Assembly (NCBI RefSeq): GCF_009914755.1
Contig: NC_060925.1
From: the human T2T-CHM13v2.0 reference genome, Homo sapiens
Reading direction: 5' to 3' (one strand)
DNA length: 64,000 nucleotides
Shown: one piece after another, positions 1 through 14,001 of the stretch
Layout of the letters: every line of letters starts with the position of its first letter
Position numbering within the stretch: position 1 is the first letter of the stretch
The notes under the pieces: model-generated
Database searches by the model: none
Seen by the model: only the letters and a program-made list of their open reading frames with translations
Told to the model about the DNA's origin: nothing
Program-made: the position numbers and the translations under genes

Positions 1-67
1 CCGAATAGAATCGAATGGAACAATCATCGAATGGACTCAAATGGAATTATCCTCTAATGGAATCGAA

Positions 68-113
68 TGGAATTATCGAATGCAATCGAATGGAATTATC
101 GAATGCAATCGAA
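68..113 (+). repeat. Perfect 23-bp doublet (TGGAATTATCGAATGCAATCGAA x2), present once per full unit; example shown
   Basis: Read directly at 68-113 and at the equivalent position of other full-length units. The length matches the ~23-26 bp basic HSat2 sub-monomer. Confidence 0.85.
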
Positions 114-2291
114 TAGAATCATCGAATGGACTCGAATGGAATCATCGAATGGAATGGAATGGAACAGTCAATGAACTCGAATGGAATCATCATTGAATGG
201 AATCGAATGGAATCATCGAGTGGAATCGAAAGGAATTATGACCAAATGGAATCGAATGTAATCATCATCAAATGGAATCAAAAATAACCATCATCAATTG
301 GTATTGAATGGAATTGTCATCAAATGGAATTCAAAGGAATCATCATCAAATGGAACCGAATGGAATCCTCATTGAATGGAAATGAAAGGGGTCATCATCT
401 AATGGAATCGCATGGAATCATCATCAAATGGAATCGAATGGAATCATCATCAAATGGAATCTAATGGAATCATTGAAAAGAATTGAATGGAATCGTCATC
501 GAATGAATTGAATGCAATCATCGAATGGTCTCGAATGGAATCATCTTCTAATGGAAAGGAATGGAATCATCGCATAGAATCGAATGGAATTATCATCGAA
601 TGGAATCGAATGGTATCAACACCAAACGGAAAAAAACGGAATTATCGAATGGAATCGAAGAGAATCTTCGAACGGACCCGAATGGAATCATCTAATGGAA
701 TGGAATGGAATAATCCATGGACTCGAATGCAATCATCATCGAATGGAATCGAATGGAATCATCGAATGGACTCGAATGGAATAATCATTGAACGGAATCG
801 AATGGAATCATCATCGGATGGAAACGAATGGAATCATCATCGAATGGAAGTGAAAGGAGTCATCATCTAATGGAATTGCATGGAATCATCATCAAATGGA
901 ATCGAATGGAATCAACATCAAATGGAATCAAATGGAATCATTGAACGGAATTGAATGGAATCGTCATCGAATGAATTGAATGCAATCATCGAATGGTCTC
1001 GAATGGAATCATCTTCAAATGGAATGGAATGGAATCATCGCATAGAATCGAATGGAATTATCATCGAATGGAATCGAATGGAATCAACATCAAACGGAAA
1101 AAAACGGAATTATCGAATGGAATTGAAGAGAATCATCGAATGGACCCGAATGGAATCATCTAATGGAATGGAATGGAATAATCCATGGACTCGAATGCAA
1201 TCACCATCGAATGGAATCGAATGGAATCATCGAATGGACTCGAATGGAATAATCATTGAACGGAATCGAATGGAATCGTCATCGGAAGGAAATGAATGGA
1301 ATCATCATCGAATGGAATCGAATAAAATTATGGAATGAAATCCAGTGTGATCATCATCGAATGGACCCGAATGGAATCATCATCCAACGGAAGCTAATGG
1401 AATCAACATCGAATGAATCGAATGGAAACACCATCGAATTGAAACGAATGGAATTACCATGAAATTGAAATGGATGGACTCATCATCGAATGGATTCGAA
1501 TGGAATCATCGAATAAAATTGATTGAAATCATCATCGAATGGTATCGAATGGTATCATTGAATGGAATCGAATGGAACCATCCTCAGATGGAAATGAATG
1601 GAATCGTCATAGAATGGAATCGAATGGATTCATTCAATGGAATCAGATGGAATCATCGAATGGACTGGAATGGAATCATTGAATGGACTCGAAAGGGATC
1701 ATTATTGAATGGAATTGAATGGAATCATCGAATGGTCCCGATTGGAATCATTATCAAATGGAATCGAATGGAATCACCGAATAGAATCGAATGGAACAAT
1801 CATCGAATGGACTCAAATGGAATTATCCTCAAATGGAATCGAATGGAATTATCGAATGCAATCGAATGGAATTATCGAATGCAATCGAATAGAATCATCG
1901 AATGGACTCGAATGGAATCATCGAATGGAATGGAATGGAACAGTCAATGAACTCGAATGGAATCATCATTGAATGGAATCGAATGGAATCATCGAGTGGA
2001 ATCGAATGGAATTATGATCAAATGGAATCGAATGTAATCATCATCAAATGGAATCAAAAATAACCATCATCAATTGGTATTGAATGGAATTCTCATCAAA
2101 TGGAATTCAAAGGAATCATCATCAAATGGAACTGAATGGAATCCTCATTGAATGGAAATGAAAGGGGTCATCATCTAATGGAATCGCATGGAATCATCAT
2201 CAAATGGAATCGAATGGAATCATCATCAAATGGAATCTGATGGAATCATTGAACAGAATTGAATGGAATCGTCATCGAATGAATTGAATGC

Positions 2292-2585
2292 AATCATCGA
2301 ATGGTCTCGAATGTAATCACATTCTAATGGAAAGGAATGGAATCATCGCATAGATTCGAATGGAATTAACATTGAATGGACTCGAATGGAATCTACATCA
2401 AACGGAATCAAGCGGAATTATCGAATGGAATCGAAGAGAATCATCGAATGGTCTCGAATGGAATCATCTTCTAATGGAAAGGAATGGAATCATCTCATAG
2501 AATCGAATGGAATTAACATTGAATGGACTCGAATGGAATCAACATCATATGGAATCAAGCGGAATTATCAAATGAAATCGAAGAG
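2292..2585 (+). repeat. 147-bp tandem duplication within a divergent sub-copy A (unit length 1923 bp)
   Basis: AATCATCGAATGGTCTCG starts at 2292 and again at 2439. A-to-B spacing is 615 bp (2263 to 2878), which is 468+147. Confidence 0.9.
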
Positions 2586-4185
2586 AATCATCGAATGGAC
2601 TCGAATGGAATCATCTAATGGAATGGAATGGAATAATCCACGGACTCGAATGCAATCATCATCGTATAGAATCGAATGGAATCATCGAAAGGACTCGAAT
2701 GGAATAACCATTGAACGGAATCAAATGGAATCATCATCGGATGGAAACGAATGGAATCATCATCGAATGGAAATGAAAGGAGTCATCATCTAATGGAATT
2801 GCATGGAATCATCATAAAATGGAATCGAATGGAATCATCATCAAATGGAATCAAATGGAATCATTGAACGGAATTGAATGGAATCGTCATCGAATGAATT
2901 GAATGCAATCATCGAATGGTCTCGAATGGAATCATCTTCAAATGGAATGGAATGGAATCATCGCATAGAGCCGAATGGAATTATCATCGAATGGAATCGA
3001 ATGGTATCAACATCAAACGGAAAAAAACGGAATTATCGAATGGAATCGAAGAGAATCTTCGAAAGGACCCGAATGGAATCATCTAATGGAATGGAATGGA
3101 ATAATCTATGGACTCGAATGCAATCATCATCGAATGGAATCGAATGGAATCATTGAATGGACTCGAATGGAATAATCATTGAACGGAATCGAATGGAATC
3201 ATCATCGGATGGAAATGAATGGAATCATCATCGAATGGAATCGAATAGAATTATGGAATGAAATCCAGTGTGATCATCATCGAATGGACCCGAATGGAAT
3301 CATCATCCAACGGAAGCTAATGGAATCAACATCGAATGAATCAAATGGAAACACCATCGAATTGAAACGAATGGAATTATCATGAAATTGAAATGGATGG
3401 ACTCATCATCGAATGGATTCGAATGGAATCATCGAATAAAATTGATTGAAATCATCATCGAATGGAATCGAATGGTATCATTGAATGGAATCGAATGGAA
3501 TCATCATCAGATGGAAATGAATGGAATCGTCATAGAATGGAATCGAATGGATTCATTGAATGGAATCAGATGGAATCATCGAATGGACTGGAATGGAATC
3601 ATTGAATGGACTCGAAAGGGATCATGATTGAATGGAATTGAATGGAATCATCGAATGGTCTCGATTGGAATCATTATCAAATGGAATCGAATGGAATCAC
3701 CGAATAGAATCGAATGGAACAATCATCGAATGGACTCAAATGGAATTATCCTCAAATGGAATCGAATGGAATTATCGAATGCAATCGAATGGAATTATCG
3801 AATGCAATCGAATAGAATCATCGAATGGACTCGAATGGAATCATCGAATGGAATGGAATGGAACAGTCAATGAACTCGAATGGAATCATCATTGAATGGA
3901 ATCGAATGGAATCATCGAGTGGAATCGAATGGAATTATGATCAAATGGAATCGAATGTAATCATCATCAAATGGAATCAAAAATAACCATCATCAATTGG
4001 TATTGAATGGAATTGTCATCAAATGGAATTCAAAGGAATCATCATCAAATGGAACCGAATGGAATCCTCATTGAATGGAAATGAAAGGGGTCATCATCTA
4101 ATGGAATCGCATGGAATCATCATAAAATGGAATCGAATGGAATCAACATCAAATGGAATCAAATGGAATCATTGAACGGAATTGA

Positions 4186-6429
4186 ATGGAATCGTCATCG
4201 AATGAATTGGATGCAATCATCGAATGGTCTCGAATGGAATCTTCTTCAAATGGAATGGAATGGAATCATCGCATAGAATCGAATGGAATTATCATCGAAT
4301 GGAATCGAATGGAATCAACATCAAACGGAAAAAAACGGAATTATCGAATGGAACCGAAGAGAATCATCGAATGGACCCGAATGGAATCATCTAATAGAAT
4401 GGAATGGAATAATCCATGGACTCGAATGCAATCATCATCGAATGGAATCGAATGGAATCATCGAATGGACTCGAATGGAATAATCATTGAACGGAATCGA
4501 TTGGAATCATCATCGGATGGAAACGAATGGAATCATCATCGAATGGAAATGAAAGGAGTCATCATCTAATGGAATTGCATGGAATCATCATAAAATGGAA
4601 TCGAATGGAATCAACATCAAATGGAATCAAATGGAATCATTGAACGGAATTGAATGGAATCGTCATCGAATGAATTGACTGCAATCATCCAATGGTCTCG
4701 AATGGAATCATCTTCAAATGGAATGGAATGGAATCATCGCATAGAAGCGAATGGAATTATCATCGAATGGAATCGAATGGTATCAACACCAAACGGAAAA
4801 AAACGGAATTATCGAATGGAATCGAAGAGAATCTTCGAACGGACCCGAATGGAATCATCTAATGGAATGGAATGGAATAATCCATGGACTCGAATGCAAT
4901 CATCATCGAATGGAATCGAATGGAATCATCGAATGGACTCGAATGGAATAATCATTGAACGGAATCGATTGGAATCATCATCGGATGGAAACGAATGGAA
5001 TCATCATCGAATGGAAATGAAAGGAGTCATCATCTAATGGAATTGCATGGAATCATCATAAAATGGAATCGAATGGAATCAACATCAAATGGAATCAAAT
5101 GGAATCATTGAACGGAATTGAATGGAATCGTCATCGAATGAATTGACTGCAATCATCCAATGGTCTCGAATGAAATCATCTTCAAATGGAATGGAATGGA
5201 ATCATCGCATAGAATCGAATGGAATTATCATCGAATGGAATCGAATGGAATCAACATCCAACGGAAAAAAACGGAATTATCGAATGGAATCGAAGAGAAT
5301 CATCGAATGGACCCGAATGGAATCATGTAATGGAATGGAATGGAATAATCCATGGACTCGAATGCAATCATCATCGAATGGAATCGAATGGAATCATCGA
5401 ATGGACTCGAATGGAATAATCATTGAACGGAATCGAATGGAATCATCATCGGATGGAAATGAATGGAATCATCATCGAATGGAATCGAATAGAATTATGG
5501 AATGAAATCCAGTGTGATCATCATCGAATGGACCCGAATGGAATCATCATCCAACGGAAGCTAATGGAATCAACATCGAATGAATCAAATGGAAACACCA
5601 TCGAATTGAAACGAATGGAATTATCATGAAATTGAAATGGATGGACTCATCATCGAATGGATTCGAATGGAATCATCGAATAAAATTGATTGAAATCATC
5701 ATCGAATGGAATCGAATGGTATCATTGAATGGAATCGAATGGAATCATCATGAGATGGAAATGAATGGAATCGTCATAGAATGGAATCGAATGGATTCAT
5801 TGAATGGAATCAGATGGAATCATCGAATGGACTGGAATGGAATCATTGAATGGACTCGAAAGGGATCATGATTGAATGGAATTGAATGGAATCATCGAAT
5901 GGTCTCGATTGGAATCATTATCAAATGGAATCGAATGGAATCACCGAATAGAATCGAATGGAACAATCATCGAATGGACTCAAATGGAATTATCCTCAAA
6001 TGGAATCGAATGGAATTATCGAATGCAATCGAATGGAATTATCGAATGCAATCGAATAGAATCATCGAATGGACTCGAATGGAATCATCGAATGGAATGG
6101 AATGGAACAGTCAATGAACTCGAATGGAATCATCATTGAATGGAATCGAATGGAATCATCGAGTGGAATCGAATGGAATTATGATCAAATGGAATCGAAT
6201 GTAATCATCATCAAATGGAATCAAAAATAACCATCATCAATTGGTATTGAATGGAATTGTCATCAAATGGAATTCAAAGGAATCATCATCAAATGGAACC
6301 GAATGGAATCCTCATTGAATGGAAATGAAAGGGGTCATCATCTAATGGAATCGCATGGAATCATCATAAAATGGAATCGAATGGAATCAACATCAAATGG
6401 AATCAAATGGAATCATTGAACGGAATTGA
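4186..6429 (+). repeat. 2244-bp variant unit with three 468-bp sub-copies
   Basis: Sub-copy starts at 4186, 4654 and 5122; the next unit starts at 6430. Confidence 0.93.
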
Positions 6430-9400
6430 ATGGAATCGTCATCGAATGAATTGGATGCAATCATCGAATGGTCTCGAATGGAATCTTCTTCAAATGGAAT
6501 GGAATGGAATCATCGCATAGAATCGAATGGAATTATCATCGAATGGAATCGAATGGAATCAACATCAAACGGAAAAAAACGGAATTATCGAATGGAACCG
6601 AAGAGAATCATCGAATGGACCCGAATGGAATCATCTAATAGAATGGAATGGAATAATCCATGGACTCGAATGCAATCATCATCGAATGGAATCGAATGGA
6701 ATCATCGAATGGACTCGAATGGAATAATCATTGAACGGAATCGATTGGAATCATCATCGGATGGAAACGAATGGAATCATCATCGAATGGAAATGAAAGG
6801 AGTCATCATCTAATGGAATTGCATGGAATCATCATAAAATGGAATCGAATGGAATCAACATCAAATGGAATCAAATGGAATCATTGAACGGAATTGAATG
6901 GAATCGTCATCGAATGAATTGACTGCAATCATCCAATGGTCTCGAATGGAATCATCTTCAAATGGAATGGAATGGAATCATCGCATAGAAGCGAATGGAA
7001 TTATCATCGAATGGAATCGAATGGAATCAACATCCAACGGAAAAAAACGGAATTATCGAATGGAATCGAAGAGAATCATCGAATGGACCCGAATGGAATC
7101 ATCTAATGGAATGGAATGGAATAATCCATGGACTCGAATGCAATCATCATCGAATGGAATCGAATGGAATCATCGAATGGACTCGAATGGAATAATCATT
7201 GAACGGAATCGAATGGAATCATCATCGGATGGAAATGAATGGAATCATCATCGAATGGAATCGAATAGAATTATGGAATGAAATCCAGTGTGATCATCAT
7301 CGAATGGACCCTAATGGAATCATCATCCAACGGAAGCTAATGGAATCAACATCGAATGAATCAAATGGAAACACCATCGAATTGAAACGAATGGAATTAT
7401 CATGAAATTGAAATGGATGGACTCATCATCGAATGGATTCGAAAGGAATCATCGAATAAAATTGATTGAAATCATCATCGAATGGAATCGAATGGTATCA
7501 TTGAATGGAATCGAATGGAATCATCATCAGATGGAAATGAATGGAATCGTCATAGAATGGAATCGAATGGATTCATTGAATGGAATCAGATGGAATCATC
7601 GAATGGACTGGAATGGAATCATTGAATGGACTCGAAAGGGATCATGATTGAATGGAATTGAATGGAATCATCGAATGGTCTCGATTGGAATCATTATCAA
7701 ATGGAATCGAATGGAATCACCGAATAGAATCGAATGGAACAATCATCGAATGGACTCAAATGGAATTATCCTCCAATGGAATCGAATGGAATTATCGAAT
7801 GCAATCGAATGGAATTATCGAATGCAATCGAATAGAATCATCGAATGGACTCGAATGGAATCATCGAATGGAATGGAATGGAACAGTCAATGAACTCGAA
7901 TGGAATCATCATTGAATGGAATCGAATGGAATCATCGAGTGGAATCGAATGGAATTATGATCAAATGGAATCGAATGTAATCATCATCAAATGGAATCAA
8001 AAATAACCATCATCAATTGGTATTGAATGGAATTGTCATCAAATGGAATTCAAAGGAATCAATATCAAATGGAACCGAATGGAATCCTCATTGAATGGAA
8101 ATGAAAGGGGTCATCATCTAATGGAATCGCATGGAATCATCATCAAATGGAATCGAATGGAATCATCATCAAATGGAATCTAATGGAATCATTGAACAGA
8201 ATTGAATGGAATCGTCATCGAATGAATTGAATGCAATCATCGAATGGTCTCGAATGGAATCATCTTCTAATGGAAAGGAATGGAATCATCGCATAGAATC
8301 GAATGGAATTATCATCAAATGGAATCGAATGGTATCAACACCAAACGGAAAAAAACGGAATTATCGAATGGAATCGAAGAGAATCTTCGAACGGACCCGA
8401 ATGGAATCATCTAATGGAATGGAATGGAATAATCCATGGACTCGAATGCAATCATCATCGAATGGAATCGAATGGAACCATCGAATGGACTCGAATGGAA
8501 TAATCATTGAACGGAATCGAATGGAATCATCATCGGATGGAAACGAATGGAATCATCATCGAATGGAAATGAAAGGAGTCATCATCTAATGGAATTGCAT
8601 GGAATCATCATAAAATGGAATCGAATGGAATCAACATCAAATGGAATCAAATGGAATCATTGAACGGAATTGAATGGAATCGTCATCGAATGAATTGACT
8701 GCAATCATCCAATGGTCTCGAATGGAATCATCTTCAAATGGAATGGAATGGAATCATCGCATAGAATCGAATGGAATTATCATCGAATGGAATCGAATGG
8801 AATCAACATCAAACGGAAAAAAACGGAATTATCGAATGGAATCGAAGAGAATCATCGAATGGACCCGAATGGAATCATCTAATGGAATGGAATGGAATAA
8901 TCCATGGACTCGAATGCAATCATCATCGAATGGAATCGAATGGAATCATCGAATGGACTCGAATGGAATAATCATTGAACGGAATCGAATGGAATCATCA
9001 TCGGATGGAAATGAATGGAATCATCATCGAATGGAATCGAATAGAATTATGGAATGAAATCCAGTGTGATCATCATCGAATGGACCCGAATGGAATCATC
9101 ATCCAACGGAAGCTAATGGAATCAACATCGAATGAATCGAATGGAAACACCATCGAATTGAAACGAATGGAATTATCATGAAATTGAAATAGATGGACTC
9201 ATCATCGAATGGATTCGAATGGAATCATCGAATAAAATTGATTGAAATCATCATCGAATGGAATCGAATGGTATCATTGAATGGAATCGAATGGAATCAT
9301 CATCAGATGGAAATGAATGGAATCGTCATAGAATGGAATCGAATGGATTCATTGAATGGAATCAGATGGAATCATCGAATGGACTGGAATGGAATCATTG

Positions 9401-11757
9401 AATGGACTCCAAAGGGATCATGATTGAATGGAATTGAATGGAATCATCGAATGGTCTCGATTGGAATCATTATCAAATGGAATCGAATGGAATCACCGAA
9501 TAGAATCGAATGGAACAATCATCGAATGGACTCAAATGGAATTATCCTCAAATGGAATCGAATGGAATTATCGAATGCAATCGAATGGAATTTTCGAATG
9601 CAATCGAATAGAATCATCGAATGGACTCGAATGGAATCATCGAATGGAATGGAATGGAACAGTCAATGAACACGAATGGAATCATCATTGAATGGAATCG
9701 AATGGAATCATCGAGTGGAATCGAATTGAATTATGATCAAATGGAATCGAATGTAATCATCATCAAATGGAATCAAAAATAACCATCATCAATTGCTATT
9801 GAATGGAATTGTCATCAAATGGAATTCAAAGGAATCATCATCAAATGGAACCGAATGGAATCCTCATTGAATGGAAATTAAAGGGGTCATCATCTAATGG
9901 AATCGCATGGAATCATCATCAAATGGAATCAAATGGAATCATCATCAAATGGAATCTAATGGAATCATTGAACAGAATTGAATGGAATCGTCATCAAATG
10001 AATTGAATGCAATCATCGAATGGTCTCGAATGGAATCATCTTCTAATGGAAAGGAATGGAATCATCGCATAGAATCGAATGGAATTATCATCGAATGGAA
10101 TCGAATGGTATCAACACCAAACGGAAAAAAACGGAATTATCGAATGGAATCGAAGAGAATCTTCGAACGGACCCGAATGGAATCATCTAATGGAATGGAA
10201 TGGAATAATCCATGGACTCGAATGCAATCATCATCGAATGGAATCGAATGGAATCATCGAATGGACTCGAATGGAATAATCATTGAACGGAATCGAATGG
10301 AATCATCATCGGATGGAAACGAATGGAATCATCATCGAATGGAAATGAAAGGAGTCATCATCTAATGCAATTGCATGGAATCATCATCAAATGGAATCGA
10401 ATGGAATCAACATCAAATGGAATCTAATGGAATCATTGAACAGAATTGAATGGAATCGTCATCGAATGAATTGACTGCAATCATCGAATGGTCTCGAATG
10501 GAATCATCTTCAAATGGAATGGAATGGAATCATCGCATAGAATCGAATGGAATTATCATCGAATGGAATCGAATGGAATCAACATCAAACGGAAAAAAAC
10601 AGAATTATCGAATGGAATCGAAGAGAATCATCGCATGGACCCGAATGGAATCATCTAATGGAATGGAATGGAATAATCCATGGACTCGAATGCAATCATC
10701 ATCGAATGGAATCGAATGGAATCATCGAGTGGACTCGAATGGAATAATCATTGAACGGAATGGAATGGAATCATCATCGGATGGAAATGAATGGAATCAT
10801 CATCGAATGGAATCGAATAGAATTATGGAATGAAATCCAGTGTGATCATCATCGAATGGACCCGAATGGAATCATCATCCAACGGAAGCTAATGGAATCA
10901 ACATCGAATGAATCAAATGGAAACACCATCGAATTGAAACGAATGGAATTATCATGAAATTGAAATGGATGGACTCATCATCGAATGGATTCGAATGGAA
11001 TCATCGAATAAAATTGATTGAAATCATCATCGAATGGAATCGAATGGTATCATTGAATGGAATCGAATGGAATCATCATCAGATGGAAATGAATGGAATC
11101 GTCATAGAATGGAATCGAATGGATTCATTGAATGGAATCAGATGGAATCATCGAATGGACTGGAATGGAATCATTGAATGGACTCGAAAGGGATCATGAT
11201 TGAATGGAATTGAATGGAATCATCGAATGGTCTCGATTGGAATCATTATCAAATGGAATCGAATGGAATCACCGAATAGAATCGAATGGAACAATCATCG
11301 AATGGACTCAAATGGAATTATCCTCAAATGGAATCGAATGGAATTATCGAATGCAATCGAATGGAATTATCGAATGCAATCGAATAGAATCATCGAATGG
11401 ACTCGAATGGAATCATCGAATGGAATGGAATGGAACAGTCAATGAACTCGAATGGAATCATCATTGAATGGAATCGAATGGAATCATCGAGTGGAATCGA
11501 ATGGAATTATGATCAAATGGAATCGAATGTAATCATCATCAAATGGAATCAAAAATAACCATCATCAATTGGTATTGAATGGAATTGTCATCAAATGGAA
11601 TTCAAAGGAATCATCATCAAATGGAACCGAATGGAATCCTCATTGAATGGAAATGAAAGGGGTCATCATCTAATGGAATCGCATGGAATCATCATAAAAT
11701 GGAATCGAATGGAATCAACATCAAATGGAATCAAATGGAATCATTGAACGGAATTGA

Positions 11758-14001
11758 ATGGAATCGTCATCGAATGAATTGGATGCAATCATCGAATGGT
11801 CTCGAATGGAATCTTCTTCAAATGGAATGGAATGGAATCATCGCATAGAATCGAATGGAATTATCATCGAATGGAATCGAATGGAATCAACATCAAACGG
11901 AAAAAAACGGAATTATCGAATGGAACCGAAGAGAATCATCGAATGGACCCGAATGGAATCATCTAATAGAATGGAATGGAATAATCCATGGACTCGAATG
12001 CAATCATCATCGAATGGAATCGAATGGAATCATCGAATGGACTCGAATGGAATAATCATTGAACGGAATCGATTGGAATCATCATCGGATGGAAACGAAT
12101 GGAATCATCATCGAATGGAAATGAAAGGAGTCATCATCTAATGGAATTGCATGGAATCATCATAAAATGGAATCGAATGGAATCAACATCAAATGGAATC
12201 AAATGGAATCATTGAACGGAATTGAATGGAATCGTCATCGAATGAATTGACTGCAATCATCCAATGGTCTCGAATGGAATCATCTTCAAATGGAATGGAA
12301 TGGAATCATCGCATAGAAGCGAATGGAATTATCATCGAATGGAATCGAATGGTATCAACACCAAACGGAAAAAAACGGAATTATCGAATGGAATCGAAGA
12401 GAATCTTCGAACGGACCCGAATGGAATCATCTAATGGAATGGAATGGAATAATCCATGGACTCGAATGCAATCATCATCGAATGGAATCGAATGGAATCA
12501 TCGAATGGACTCGAATGGAATAATCATTGAACGGAATCGATTGGAATCATCATCGGATGGAAACGAATGGAATCATCATCGAATGGAAATGAAAGGAGTC
12601 ATCATCTAATGGAATTGCATGGAATCATCATAAAATGGAATCGAATGGAATCAACATCAAATGGAATCAAATGGAATCATTGAACGGAATTGAATGGAAT
12701 CGTCATCGAATGAATTGACTGCAATCATCCAATGGTCTCGAATGGAATCATCTTCAAATGGAATGGAATGGAATCATCGCATAGAATCGAATGGAATTAT
12801 CATCGAATGGAATCGAATGGAATCAACATCCAACGGAAAAAAACGGAATTATCGAATGGAATCGAAGAGAATCATCGAATGGACCCGAATGGAATCATGT
12901 AATGGAATGGAATGGAATAATCCATGGACTCGAATGCAATCATCATCGAATGGAATCGAATGGAATCATCGAATGGACTCGAATGGAATAATCATTGAAC
13001 GGAATCGAATGGAATCATCATCGGATGGAAATGAATGGAATCATCATCGAATGGAATCGAATAGAATTATGGAATGAAATCCAGTGTGATCATCATCGAA
13101 TGGACCCGAATGGAATCATCATCCAACGGAAGCTAATGGAATCAACATCGAATGAATCAAATGGAAACACCATCGAATTGAAACGAATGGAATTATCATG
13201 AAATTGAAATGGATGGACTCATCATCGAATGGATTCGAATGGAATCATCGAATAAAATTGATTGAAATCATCATCGAATGGAATCGAATGGTATCATTGA
13301 ATGGAATCGAATGGAATCATCATGAGATGGAAATGAATGGAATCGTCATAGAATGGAATCGAATGGATTCATTGAATGGAATCAGATGGAATCATCGAAT
13401 GGACTGGAATGGAATCATTGAATGGACTCGAAAGGGATCATGATTGAATGGAATTGAATGGAATCATCGAATGGTCTCGATTGGAATCATTATCAAATGG
13501 AATCGAATGGAATCACCGAATAGAATCGAATGGAACAATCATCGAATGGACTCAAATGGAATTATCCTCAAATGGAATCGAATGGAATTATCGAATGCAA
13601 TCGAATGGAATTATCGAATGCAATCGAATAGAATCATCGAATGGACTCGAATGGAATCATCGAATGGAATGGAATGGAACAGTCAATGAACTCGAATGGA
13701 ATCATCATTGAATGGAATCGAATGGAATCATCGAGTGGAATCGAATGGAATTATGATCAAATGGAATCGAATGTAATCATCATCAAATGGAATCAAAAAT
13801 AACCATCATCAATTGGTATTGAATGGAATTGTCATCAAATGGAATTCAAAGGAATCATCATCAAATGGAACCGAATGGAATCCTCATTGAATGGAAATGA
13901 AAGGGGTCATCATCTAATGGAATCGCATGGAATCATCATAAAATGGAATCGAATGGAATCAACATCAAATGGAATCAAATGGAATCATTGAACGGAATTG
14001 A
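11758..14001 (+). repeat. Second 2244-bp variant unit (copy of 4186-6429)
   Basis: Sub-copy starts at 11758, 12226 and 12694; the next unit starts at 14002. Confidence 0.93.

Noticed and set aside
3435-3640. AATAAA (CGAATAAAATTG) and TGATTG motifs as a polyadenylation signal or DUX4-type sites
   Set aside because: HSATII is known to be transcribed and DUX4-responsive, but I found no exact TAAYYYAATCA match, and short motifs in an AT-rich repeat are not evidence of function.
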